DNA of 64,000 nucleotides from Escherichia phage outra: sequence record MN850645.1, one strand, 5' to 3'. The notes under the pieces are model-generated. The model was not told the origin of the DNA, made no database searches, and was given only the letters and a program-made list of their open reading frames with translations. The translations under genes were made by a program, and so were the position numbers. Below, piece after piece: positions 26,945 through 35,237 of this stretch (positions within the stretch are counted from its first letter, which is position 1; each line of letters starts with the position of its first letter).

Positions 26945-26964
26945 CTTAAAAGAAGAGATAAGCT

Positions 26965-27249
26965 ATGAAGATCACAAAAGCACTTTCCAACTATGCAGCA
27001 CGTCGCGGCTTATGTTTAACCGTTGAAAACCTGGGGAAAGAAGATTTTTTGTGCTTTTGGGAGCTTGAGAATGATAATGAGTGGATCTTCTCTTATTCTA
27101 TCTGCGAAGATCAAAACGGTTGTTTATTAGCCTGGCGCGGTAATATCTATCTACCGGAAGAAATCAAAGAAGAATTACCAGGCACGATCATGACTGAGAA
27201 ACAGCTTAAGGAAGTGATCAATTTTGTAGGGCAAAACATTAAAAAATAA
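26965..27249 (+). CDS. hypothetical protein (94 aa)
   Basis: ORF downstream of cassette. Confidence 0.55.
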   Translation: MKITKALSNYAARRGLCLTVENLGKEDFLCFWELENDNEWIFSYSICEDQNGCLLAWRGNIYLPEEIKEELPGTIMTEKQLKEVINFVGQNIKK

Positions 27250-27250
27250 T

Positions 27251-27307
27251 TTGACACTAGGCAAACAACGTAGTAAAGTTTATCACATAGGGCGGCAATA
27301 GTGCCGC
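27251..27307 (+). promoter_or_regulatory. sigma70-like promoter plus type-B leader hairpin
   Basis: -35 TTGACA 27251-56, -10 TAAAGT 27274-79, hairpin GCGGCA-ATAG-TGCCGC 27292-307; leader nearly identical to 20401-20452. Confidence 0.6.
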
Positions 27308-27330
27308 TCATAACAGAAGAGAAACAAATC

Positions 27331-27501
27331 ATGATCCCAACTATGTTTTATGTATCGCGCAAAGGTCACAATATTTTTTGGTCTGAAGATTTAAATGAAG
27401 CCATGACGTTTGCCCGTGATCGTGTCGCTATCGGTGGCGTTAACATTACCGTAACCGATGAAAATGGCATTGAATACTATAACGGCGACGATGAAGAGTA
27501 A
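27331..27501 (+). CDS. hypothetical small protein (56 aa)
   Basis: start moved to ATG 27331 (track start inside hairpin). Confidence 0.5.
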   Translation: MIPTMFYVSRKGHNIFWSEDLNEAMTFARDRVAIGGVNITVTDENGIEYYNGDDEE

Positions 27502-27508
27502 TTAATGA

Positions 27509-27529
27509 GGCGGGGGAATATTCCCCGCC
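27509..27529 (+). promoter_or_regulatory. intercistronic leader-type hairpin
   Basis: GGCGGGGGAA-TA-TTCCCCGCC between two ORFs without a recognisable promoter. Confidence 0.45.
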
Positions 27530-27548
27530 GTCAATAAAGAGGTAAATC

Positions 27549-27818
27549 ATGAAAATATCATTGGACGTTGCAATCAAGGCCATCGAATCCGGTTACACCC
27601 TGGTAAAAGATGATAAGGCTAAAATAGTGCATCATGTTAACAAGGAAACAGGCGAAAGCATGATCACATATAAAGCCGCCTACTTTCTCCAATCAGTAGC
27701 AGATCCGCGCGTACAACGCCAGGTTACGGCGGCTATTGCTAAAAAAGTATGTGCTTTACAGGGTACAAGTTTTAACGAGATCGCCCCGTGTTTTGACTGG
27801 TCGAGCTTGAAAAAATAG
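27549..27818 (+). CDS. hypothetical protein (89 aa)
   Basis: GAGG SD. Confidence 0.55.
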   Translation: MKISLDVAIKAIESGYTLVKDDKAKIVHHVNKETGESMITYKAAYFLQSVADPRVQRQVTAAIAKKVCALQGTSFNEIAPCFDWSSLKK

Positions 27819-27819
27819 T

Positions 27820-27847
27820 TTGACAATATGCGGTTATCTGGTAAAGT
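27820..27847 (+). promoter_or_regulatory. sigma70-like promoter (degenerate hairpin follows)
   Basis: -35 TTGACA 27820-25, -10 TAAAGT 27842-47. Confidence 0.5.
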
Positions 27848-27899
27848 GTACGACATAGGGCGGGGCAATAAGGCAACGCCCACTAATGAGGGTAAAATC

Positions 27900-28004
27900 A
27901 TGTTAGAGAAAATTTTCACGGTTGTAGTAGTGGGCCTGGCGTTATCGGTTGGAGTGATTGCAACTATGGCTAACATGATCCTATCTTCCCACGGTATTGG
28001 ATAA
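27900..28004 (+). CDS. hypothetical membrane peptide (34 aa)
   Basis: hand-translated; GAGGG SD; hydrophobic. Confidence 0.35.
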   Translation: MLEKIFTVVVVGLALSVGVIATMANMILSSHGIG

Positions 28005-28014
28005 GGTGAATCAA

Positions 28015-28230
28015 ATGATCACGAATAAGACAGGTAAAACAGAATTTTTACGCGGCTTGCAAATTGGTAAACCTGAAATATGGCATTGCACTAAATCCGC
28101 GCATAATGAGATGAAAGACTTTACCGCCACGTTACAACGTGTTAAAATATCTATTACGCAGAAAAAAGCCTTATTAGTAGTAGAAAACGAGATACCGCAA
28201 ACCATTATTATTGTCGAGCGTACAGCATGA
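28015..28230 (+). CDS. hypothetical protein (71 aa)
   Basis: start moved to ATG 28015 with AAGGTG SD. Confidence 0.45.
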   Translation: MITNKTGKTEFLRGLQIGKPEIWHCTKSAHNEMKDFTATLQRVKISITQKKALLVVENEIPQTIIIVERTA

Positions 28231-28613
28231 AAACTGAAATCATTATTGAAATCATCAACGGTTATAAAGAAGCCTTTATTTTTGCTGAATCAGCCAGGGA
28301 TCATGAAGGTAATTTTGTAAACGACATGACTGACTATGATTTTTCAGATCAAGCCCATCAGCGGATCATTCATGACGTAGCGGCTTATTGTGATGCCAAT
28401 GATGCTGCTATCTCTGAGGCAATGAGCGACGGCGCAACAGCAAACCAGATCGGGAATGACTTACATTTCACCCGTAACGGTCACGGCGTAGGCTTTTGGG
28501 ATCGCCCTGAAATATACACTACTAACACCGCCAACCGCCTAACAAATGCAGCTAAATTAATGCCATCGGTGCATGCTTACATTGGTGAAGATAATTTGAT
28601 TTATATTGAATAA
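28227..28613 (+). CDS. hypothetical protein (128 aa)
   Basis: 4-nt overlap with upstream gene. Confidence 0.55.
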   Translation: MKTEIIIEIINGYKEAFIFAESARDHEGNFVNDMTDYDFSDQAHQRIIHDVAAYCDANDAAISEAMSDGATANQIGNDLHFTRNGHGVGFWDRPEIYTTNTANRLTNAAKLMPSVHAYIGEDNLIYIE

Positions 28614-28619
28614 AAAGTA

Positions 28620-28678
28620 TTGACACCGATCCCCGATATGTTATTATTTACCACGTAGGCGGGAAATGGTTTCCCGCC
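28620..28678 (+). promoter_or_regulatory. sigma70-like promoter plus type-A leader hairpin
   Basis: -35 TTGACA 28620-25, -10 TATTAT 28642-47, hairpin GGCGGGAAA-TGG-TTTCCCGCC 28658-78. Confidence 0.65.
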
Positions 28679-28702
28679 AGGTAATCAAAAAAGGTAAATA
28701 CT

Positions 28703-29092
28703 ATGCGCAACCTGGTTTCTGTTTCTAACGTTGAAAAATTTCAATCCTTGCAGGGTATCGTTAACAACGTAGCGCCTTTTCTAGTCAATGGCTTGATTGC
28801 AAAGATGAAAAATAAACATCATGCAGCATGGTCTGCTTACTGCTTTGATAATGATGAAAAAGCGGCTGAAATGATGTTAAATATGCTGTTAGATAGTGTA
28901 GAATCATCTTTACCGGAAAACATCGCAGAAGAGATCACCTATCGTTATAATATGGCGATCACCTATCAGGAGGTTGCGCAATTCAATATGATGGACGATG
29001 ACGAACAACAGGATCAGGAAATGTTTTGGGAATATGCAGATCGTCAATCGGCTTTTGATGAAAAGTTAGCGATGTATTATAACGAATATTAA
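28703..29092 (+). CDS. hypothetical acidic protein (129 aa)
   Basis: AAAGG SD; downstream of cassette. Confidence 0.55.
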   Translation: MRNLVSVSNVEKFQSLQGIVNNVAPFLVNGLIAKMKNKHHAAWSAYCFDNDEKAAEMMLNMLLDSVESSLPENIAEEITYRYNMAITYQEVAQFNMMDDDEQQDQEMFWEYADRQSAFDEKLAMYYNEY

Positions 29093-29108
29093 TACACGGT
29101 AAAAGAAA

Positions 29109-29133
29109 GGGGCGCACTAAGCGCCCTTTTTTG
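29109..29133 (+). terminator. rho-independent terminator
   Basis: GGGGCGC-ACTA-AGCGCCC stem-loop followed by TTTTTTG. Confidence 0.7.
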
Positions 29134-29477
29134 TATTCTTTTTCACGATGGAAGTAACACGTAAAGAATAAACGTAAGAGGTGGCGTAAAACAGCCTAAA
29201 ACCGATTATAACCGCTTAAACAAGGTAGTAATGACTAATCACCTTGCCAGGATGAAAAAGCTGTTATAAAGCTATCTAGAGCGTTTAAAGCACATAGGAA
29301 ATAATTTGCTTTTTATCTTGCCTTTTATCCTGCTTTTGATTATTATTATGGAACGGGCGGCACCTGGGGACAGGGGAAGATAATCACCGGAAGATCCCGC
29401 TATATATTAATAGCTAATACCTATCAAACAACAAAACATCAAAGGAATAAACTATCAAATCTTTACAATCCTACCTA

Positions 29478-29537
29478 TTGACACAGGATCACCCTTATAC
29501 TAATATGTATCCCGTAGGGCGGGAAATGGTTTCCCGC
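29478..29537 (+). promoter_or_regulatory. sigma70-like promoter plus type-A leader hairpin
   Basis: -35 TTGACA 29478-83, 17-bp spacer, -10 TAATAT 29501-06, hairpin GCGGGAAA-TGG-TTTCCCGC 29519-37. Confidence 0.65.
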
Positions 29538-29556
29538 TTGATATAGGAATCATACC

Positions 29557-29790
29557 ATGATCGAACAAATTAAAAGCACTACACCAAATGTTAACGGCAA
29601 TGTTTCACACTTTATCGGTGATAATGAAAGGGGCACACCATACGCCGCCGTAACCGTGCAACCTAACGGGGATTATTGGTTTACCGTGTACGGATCATAC
29701 TCTTTCGGACGCCCGGCACATGATAAGATCTTGCAAGCGGTTAAACCTGCGGGGAAGAATATCACAGTAGAAAAATTCTATGAAAAATAA
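29557..29790 (+). CDS. hypothetical protein (77 aa)
   Basis: ORF downstream of cassette. Confidence 0.55.
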   Translation: MIEQIKSTTPNVNGNVSHFIGDNERGTPYAAVTVQPNGDYWFTVYGSYSFGRPAHDKILQAVKPAGKNITVEKFYEK

Positions 29791-29865
29791 CTTGCTTTAT
29801 AGCCTCTGTTAATTTATAGTTATCGTGTAGGGCAAACAATTTTAAACGGTAAACGAGGAATCACC

Positions 29866-30249
29866 ATGAGCAATATCATCAACCTGGCAGCGACTGTAAA
29901 CGGTAAAGATTTTAACGGCGCTGTAGATCATGATCCTATGTGGTGCTTATCAGTGTTTAAAGGTGACTTGGTTGAAGTTAGAACAACCGAAGGTTATAGC
30001 GACGATTATAAATGCGAGATTCATTTACACAACTGGTACACGGGTAAAACTTATGCGCTGAATCATGCGTTTATCGGCAAGGTTGAATATAGGGAAATGA
30101 TCGACGAAGAAACGGGGCAAGATTTTAGCGATTATGTTTATATTCGTTCCGAGACATTAGCCGAACGTTTGATCGAGAAAATGAAAGCAAAAAATAAAAT
30201 TAATTTAGCTCATTGGATTGATATAACAAACGATCCTGCTTATCAGTAA
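29866..30249 (+). CDS. hypothetical protein (127 aa)
   Basis: GAGGAA SD. Confidence 0.55.
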   Translation: MSNIINLAATVNGKDFNGAVDHDPMWCLSVFKGDLVEVRTTEGYSDDYKCEIHLHNWYTGKTYALNHAFIGKVEYREMIDEETGQDFSDYVYIRSETLAERLIEKMKAKNKINLAHWIDITNDPAYQ

Positions 30250-30263
30250 ATAACATTTCAAAC

Positions 30264-30292
30264 AAGGGCGCTTATTGCGCCCTTTCTTTTTA
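30264..30292 (+). terminator. rho-independent terminator (end of island)
   Basis: AGGGCGC-TTATT-GCGCCCT stem-loop followed by TTCTTTTT. Confidence 0.7.
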
Positions 30293-30496
30293 CCTAAATA
30301 AAGATGATAGCTTTTACCTATCAAAAACGTTCACCGAAAAAAGTGAATAGATCGCGGTATCGAGCTAATCAGGGAGCAGATGAACAACCATACCATGAAG
30401 ATCATAAGGCGCTTACAACGGCTTTTAGACCGCTTATTTTTAATTTCTTCATGCAACTATCTGGCAAAAACAGCCTTTTTCTTGTCTTTCCTCTTA

Positions 30497-30570
30497 AATG
30501 ATAATCATTCTTATTTATAGCTGATTATTTATGCAATAAACTGCATAATGCAATAATGATAATCATTCTT
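30497..30570. promoter_or_regulatory. two Fur-box-like sites (AAATGATAATCATTCTTA; AATAATGATAATCATTCTT)
   Basis: GATAATCATT core shared with Fur consensus. Confidence 0.45.
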
Positions 30571-31424
30571 AACTTATGACCATCTAACCTATAAAATAAT
30601 AAGCTATCTAACTAAATTAAAACTAATTATCTCACCTTTATTTATAACTTACTGTTACTATCTCATTGATAACCTTATATTAAACAACAATAACTAATAT
30701 AAATCATTACTAAGCTAAATATAATCTATCTAACCTTTAAAACTATAACTATAATCTATCGAATTGTTGCACAAAGTAACTATTAAATTGTTAGTAACAT
30801 TGCTAAATAATTAATATCCTATCTATTTATGATCTAATCTTTACCTTCCTATTTATTACCTAAATAACCATTTCATATAGTAATTATTTCATACAATAAC
30901 TATAACAAGAAACATAATTCGCAAGCGTATCATTAGCAGCCTATGCCGGACACATAGGCGGCTAATAATAACGCAACTACACACCCCACATAATAACCAT
31001 CACCGATAGTTATTATTTGTGCTTATGTAGCTTGCAACAATTGCAAGCGCAACAATATACTAAGGTATATTGTATCCCTTACATTGTTGCGGTGCGTTAT
31101 TATTAGCTAATGTTTAGAACATTGGCTATAATATAAGCTGCATATAATAAGCTATTCAATAATAAACATCGTGAATAATGACATTGATGATCATAATGCG
31201 CCACCCTCCAGGGGGCGCTATGTGAACACAAAGAAATCTTTCTTATCAAGAAAATATTATCACTATTGCGCAAAATTATTTACATCTGAATAGATGATTT
31301 TTCATACTATTATTGTTATTTGTTGAGCATAGTTATAGCCTATTTGTTGAGCCTACTTTCTTAAAAGCGCAATAAATCAGAATTATCTTGATTTTTAGTG
31401 CGTTTTATAGTATAGAAAATATGC

Positions 31425-31443
31425 AAATGATAATCATTATCAG
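31425..31443. promoter_or_regulatory. near-consensus Fur box (AATGATAATCATTATC)
   Basis: 16 contiguous bases identical to positions 4-19 of E. coli Fur consensus GATAATGATAATCATTATC. Confidence 0.55.
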
Positions 31444-31607
31444 CTATCTTCCACGGGTAGCACTATTTCACGCCAGATCATTTCATTTGGCAAGGTGTAT
31501 ATAGATGTTTAGACTTGCCAAGTTATTGATTTACTTAGAATTTATCTATTTTGTTGTGAGTAGTACCTTTCTTGCTTAGAAAATAATCAAAAGTCTTATA
31601 AGTCATT

Positions 31608-31640
31608 GAATGATAATACAAATGATAATTATTCTCATTG
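31608..31640. promoter_or_regulatory. Fur-box-like tandem site (TGAATGATAATACAAATGATAATTATTCTCATTG)
   Basis: repeated GATAAT hexamers and palindromic half-sites. Confidence 0.4.
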
Positions 31641-31998
31641 ATATTTGAGGGGGACGGTCGGCAGAAATCGGGGGGTGCTGAAAATCGCGTTAAGCACCTC
31701 TCGCAAGCGAGCAGTATTTTGCGGCAAGTTATTGATATTATTGGCTTTACGCTTATGAAAAGGGGGTGTGTCGAAATAAAGCGGGTATACCGGAAAATTT
31801 TTGTGGCATAGATATTTATTTGTCTATATTATGTACAAAGGGGTGTGTTAAAAATATTAGGTATATATAGAATAATTGATAGGGAAATCCTATACTAATC
31901 CCTCCATTAATGATGTTTCTATGTTACTGTTCTTGTAATAGATGAAAAGACGCTGTATGATGTGTGGCATGAAACGTAAACTTATAAAGGAGTCTGAT

Positions 31999-32376
31999 AT
32001 GTGTGTTCCTCTTAGCAGTCCACTGCTGTTAGAATTTTATAAAGCATGGATGCAAGATCATTCCTCAATGCATCGTGAGAATGTTGGTTTGTGTATTTGC
32101 CTTATGGATTATCTGGCAACCACTATGTCAAAGAAAAAACCTACGCGAGAAGATATAGAACATTTCAAGATGGTTCGTAGTAAAACGCTGGAAGAGATGA
32201 AATTGCAATTCACGTGTGCTGGGCTATCCTCCTTCCTGCCCTTTAATGATGATCTTCTGTGTTATGAAGATGAAGGTAAGAAACATTCTTGCCATACTAA
32301 CCCAGAGAGATTGCAGTGGGTGAAAGATCGTATTGCCGATTCGTGTTTGGTGTTAGGGGGTGACAATGAAAAGTAA
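31999..32376 (+). CDS. paralogue-family protein A1 (Cys/His-rich, 125 aa)
   Basis: AAGGAG SD before ATG 31999; shares S..LL.FY..W, GLC.CL.DY, QFTCAGL..LPFN, CHTN..RLQWV..RI.D with three downstream paralogues. Confidence 0.6.
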   Translation: MCVPLSSPLLLEFYKAWMQDHSSMHRENVGLCICLMDYLATTMSKKKPTREDIEHFKMVRSKTLEEMKLQFTCAGLSSFLPFNDDLLCYEDEGKKHSCHTNPERLQWVKDRIADSCLVLGGDNEK

Positions 32377-32734
32377 TATTCCGTTGAGTAGTGCAGCTTT
32401 AATACGATTCTATAAAGCATGGATTGCCAACCATCCGGCAATGAATCGCACAACGAGTGGCTTGTGTGGTTGTCTGGTAGATTATGTAGATGATTTTGTT
32501 GGTGAGGTAACTAGAGAAGAAGATAAAAGATGGCGTGATCGTTTGTTGGATAGTTTGAAATACGAAATGAGGAAACAATTTACATGTGCAGGACTGGACT
32601 ACAATCTTCCGTTCAATGCAGATTGCATGGATTACCTTTCAGAATGTATAGACTTGGCGTGTCATACCAACACGTTACGTCTTCAATGGGTGAAAAACAG
32701 AATCGAAGATGCAAATAATGCTTGCATTGAATAG
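32360..32734 (+). CDS. paralogue-family protein A2 (124 aa)
   Basis: same conserved blocks as A1. Confidence 0.6.
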   Translation: MTMKSNIPLSSAALIRFYKAWIANHPAMNRTTSGLCGCLVDYVDDFVGEVTREEDKRWRDRLLDSLKYEMRKQFTCAGLDYNLPFNADCMDYLSECIDLACHTNTLRLQWVKNRIEDANNACIE

Positions 32735-32804
32735 AAATGCCTGTACACTGTGTTCCATAAGATATGCAATATCGCGCATAACAAACTACTAATGAGAGGT
32801 GTAA

Positions 32805-33263
32805 ATGAAAACTGTATCTTTGTATCTTGCTAACACGGAGCGTGTACATAATCTTGTAAAAGAATGTGGTGTGAGTGTTCAATTTAACACAGGAAAGCCT
32901 TCTGTGGTGATAGGCAGTGAGATGTGTGTTATTGATTTCATCAATGAATATTTTCGTGGGAAGCCTATTGCTCGTCACTTCATCCGAGAAATGCGAGATG
33001 TACAACAGGATTATGAATTCTACCCAGAAATTTGTGAACGCTATGAAACTATTCTTAGTTCTGTAGAAGATCCAGATACCAGTGAAACAGGTGCTTCCCA
33101 CTTACTGTGGATGTTGAATGAAATTCAGGATGGGTGTAATGGTATGTCTGAAACCAAACGCCATCGTTGGCTAGGTTATATTCAGGGTGTTATGGTTATG
33201 AAAAACCTTATTACAGTGAATGACGAACGTAATGCTACACGCCCCGTCTTTAATGGAGCATAA
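32805..33263 (+). CDS. hypothetical protein (152 aa)
   Basis: GAGAGG SD. Confidence 0.55.
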   Translation: MKTVSLYLANTERVHNLVKECGVSVQFNTGKPSVVIGSEMCVIDFINEYFRGKPIARHFIREMRDVQQDYEFYPEICERYETILSSVEDPDTSETGASHLLWMLNEIQDGCNGMSETKRHRWLGYIQGVMVMKNLITVNDERNATRPVFNGA

Positions 33264-33264
33264 C

Positions 33265-33480
33265 ATGAAAAGGATTCAGGTGTGTATTGAAAATAATTGT
33301 GGTTATCTGGGGTTGACACACGTTGCTTTCCCTCTTATATTAGATGCTGATATCGCTTACAGCGGAGTTGCTTATGTGTCATTCAAGACAATGAGCCAAG
33401 TACCTGGCTGGAAGTGGGAAGTAGTTGATGTTGTTGAAGGAGAAGATTATGTTTTCCTTCCACACGAATATACTGTTTAA
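33265..33480 (+). CDS. hypothetical protein (71 aa)
   Basis: start moved to ATG 33265. Confidence 0.45.
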   Translation: MKRIQVCIENNCGYLGLTHVAFPLILDADIAYSGVAYVSFKTMSQVPGWKWEVVDVVEGEDYVFLPHEYTV

Positions 33481-33495
33481 AGAGAGGAAAAGAAG

Positions 33496-33672
33496 ATGGA
33501 TAAACAAACTACTGTGTACTTAGTAACAAAGAATACCCCAGGCTGGAGCCAATGCAGCACTGTCCCTTACAAGATCTGTGCAACATTAGAACTAGCACAA
33601 CGTGCAGAAGCAGAAGTGAATGCCATGCAATACAGCTATGGTGAAATCATTCCTTTTACTCTTGAACAATAA
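33496..33672 (+). CDS. hypothetical small protein (58 aa)
   Basis: hand-translated; GAGAGGAAAAG SD. Confidence 0.4.
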   Translation: MDKQTTVYLVTKNTPGWSQCSTVPYKICATLELAQRAEAEVNAMQYSYGEIIPFTLEQ

Positions 33673-33683
33673 GGAGTTGTGTA

Positions 33684-34136
33684 ATGTTTGAAATTGGTAA
33701 AGTGTATCGTTTTAAAAACCCATCTTATATCCGTAAGTTTGCTAACATGTCTGAGTGCAATAGCAGGATTGCTTCTTTTTTAGGTGATTCCTATTTTCGT
33801 GTATTAGATGTGGATGATTGGTATGGTGTCACTGCTTTGCAATCCTTAGCAGGAGAACAAGAAATTATCGCTCAAAATGAAGGAGACTTTCTTCAGTGTT
33901 ACACGTTGCTTGCAAAAAGTGAGTTTGAGTATTTTGTAGAAGTCTTAGAGGAAGCACCAAAAAGTAAACACGAAGAGAAATACCTGCTTGTAGTGGATGG
34001 AGTTCCGATCATGGAAACCATCTCCCGTGAGGAAGTTGAAAAAGAGGCGAAACGTTACAAGCTGGATCGTACACAGAGTGTAGTTGAAGTCTATTCTCTT
34101 GTTGGTGTTGCAGATATTAGTGTGAACATCGTATAA
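33684..34136 (+). CDS. hypothetical protein (150 aa)
   Basis: AAGGAG SD. Confidence 0.55.
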   Translation: MFEIGKVYRFKNPSYIRKFANMSECNSRIASFLGDSYFRVLDVDDWYGVTALQSLAGEQEIIAQNEGDFLQCYTLLAKSEFEYFVEVLEEAPKSKHEEKYLLVVDGVPIMETISREEVEKEAKRYKLDRTQSVVEVYSLVGVADISVNIV

Positions 34137-34139
34137 TAT

Positions 34140-34352
34140 ATGTGTAATGACAGATACATTCTTCGTGTATCTGATAAGTCTCCTATGTTTGACTGGCGGG
34201 GCTGGTGGCTACTAGCTCCGATGCAAGGTCTGACAGACGTGGAAAAGGAGGCTTATGTGTATACAAAAGAAGAGATAGAAGATAGTCTTTATTTGACAGA
34301 TAACATTAAGAATGGTATCTTTGAGTGTAAATTGAAAGGAGAGGAAGAATGA
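34140..34352 (+). CDS. hypothetical protein (70 aa)
   Basis: ORF in operon. Confidence 0.45.
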   Translation: MCNDRYILRVSDKSPMFDWRGWWLLAPMQGLTDVEKEAYVYTKEEIEDSLYLTDNIKNGIFECKLKGEEE

Positions 34353-34648
34353 CTGTTACAGAAAAACTGCGTTGTATTGCAAAGCAAAGTGGAGAAGGTT
34401 TATGGTTTCCTATTGAGGAAATTATTCAGGACTGTTATGATCAGGCTAAGACTGGCAAATATTCCAAAGCATTTAAACCATCTGTTTTCGGTTTGGATGA
34501 CTATCCAAAAAATGAACAAGCAAAGAAACGACAAGTTGATTTGATTGATCTTGCTATGGAAGCACTACGAGAGCATGGACTTAGTAAGGTGTATGCTTTA
34601 AACACCAAAGAGGGCTTTGTAGATTCAGTGATCGTAGACTGGTATTAA
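34349..34648 (+). CDS. hypothetical protein (99 aa)
   Basis: 4-nt overlap; GGAGAGGAAG SD. Confidence 0.5.
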   Translation: MTVTEKLRCIAKQSGEGLWFPIEEIIQDCYDQAKTGKYSKAFKPSVFGLDDYPKNEQAKKRQVDLIDLAMEALREHGLSKVYALNTKEGFVDSVIVDWY

Positions 34649-34657
34649 GGAGAAGTC

Positions 34658-35026
34658 ATGCAAGAGAATACTAAAGTGTGTAGCATGAAAAGCAGCCCCT
34701 ATTTGCTACAATTTTATGCGTGGTGGTTAGAACAAGAAGATACAAACTTTAGCAAAAAGCATTATGGTCTTTGCACGTGTCTTGTAGACTTCTTATACAA
34801 TATTGCTTGGATAAAAGATGTTGAGAATGTAGCAAACCTCCAATCCTCTGTACGAGAGGAAATGAAGGAACAATTTAAGAAAGCGGGTTTGAACCATTTA
34901 CATCCGTTTAATACGGATTTCTCGCACTACTTTACGGAAACAGAGTTAGGCATTGCACACCTTAATAAAGAACGTGTACAATGGGTGATTGATCGTATTC
35001 GTGATATGGAGGAATACAATGGTTAA
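34658..35026 (+). CDS. paralogue-family protein A3 (122 aa)
   Basis: YLLQFYAWW, GLCTCLVDF, HPFN, RVQWVIDRIRD blocks. Confidence 0.6.
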   Translation: MQENTKVCSMKSSPYLLQFYAWWLEQEDTNFSKKHYGLCTCLVDFLYNIAWIKDVENVANLQSSVREEMKEQFKKAGLNHLHPFNTDFSHYFTETELGIAHLNKERVQWVIDRIRDMEEYNG

Positions 35027-35237
35027 GTTTAAAACTTTCTGTGCAATCACTGTTTGTCTTATTCTTGCATACGTGTTATTCTCTGGTATCGTTCGTTTAG
35101 GTGAGTATATGGCAAGAGAAGCTCGTGAAAGTGCAGCTAAAAAAGAACAGTGTATTGTGTTCAAGCATCAAAGAGATGCTGAAAAGTTTCTCGCACTTGA
35201 TTGCAATCGTTATGTATCTTATCAAATGTATGAGTAA
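35019..35237 (+). CDS. small membrane-anchored protein (72 aa), paralogue of 39728-39952
   Basis: start moved to ATG 35019 with GGAGGA SD; shares KE.CI..KH...AE.FL...CN.Y motif. Confidence 0.5.
   Translation: MVKFKTFCAITVCLILAYVLFSGIVRLGEYMAREARESAAKKEQCIVFKHQRDAEKFLALDCNRYVSYQMYE

Noticed and set aside
20401-29540. Conserved GC-rich hairpins as rho-independent terminators
   Set aside because: No U-tract follows them on either strand, and each lies between a promoter and a ribosome-binding site, so they are interpreted as 5' leader structures. Real terminators in the window have T-runs.
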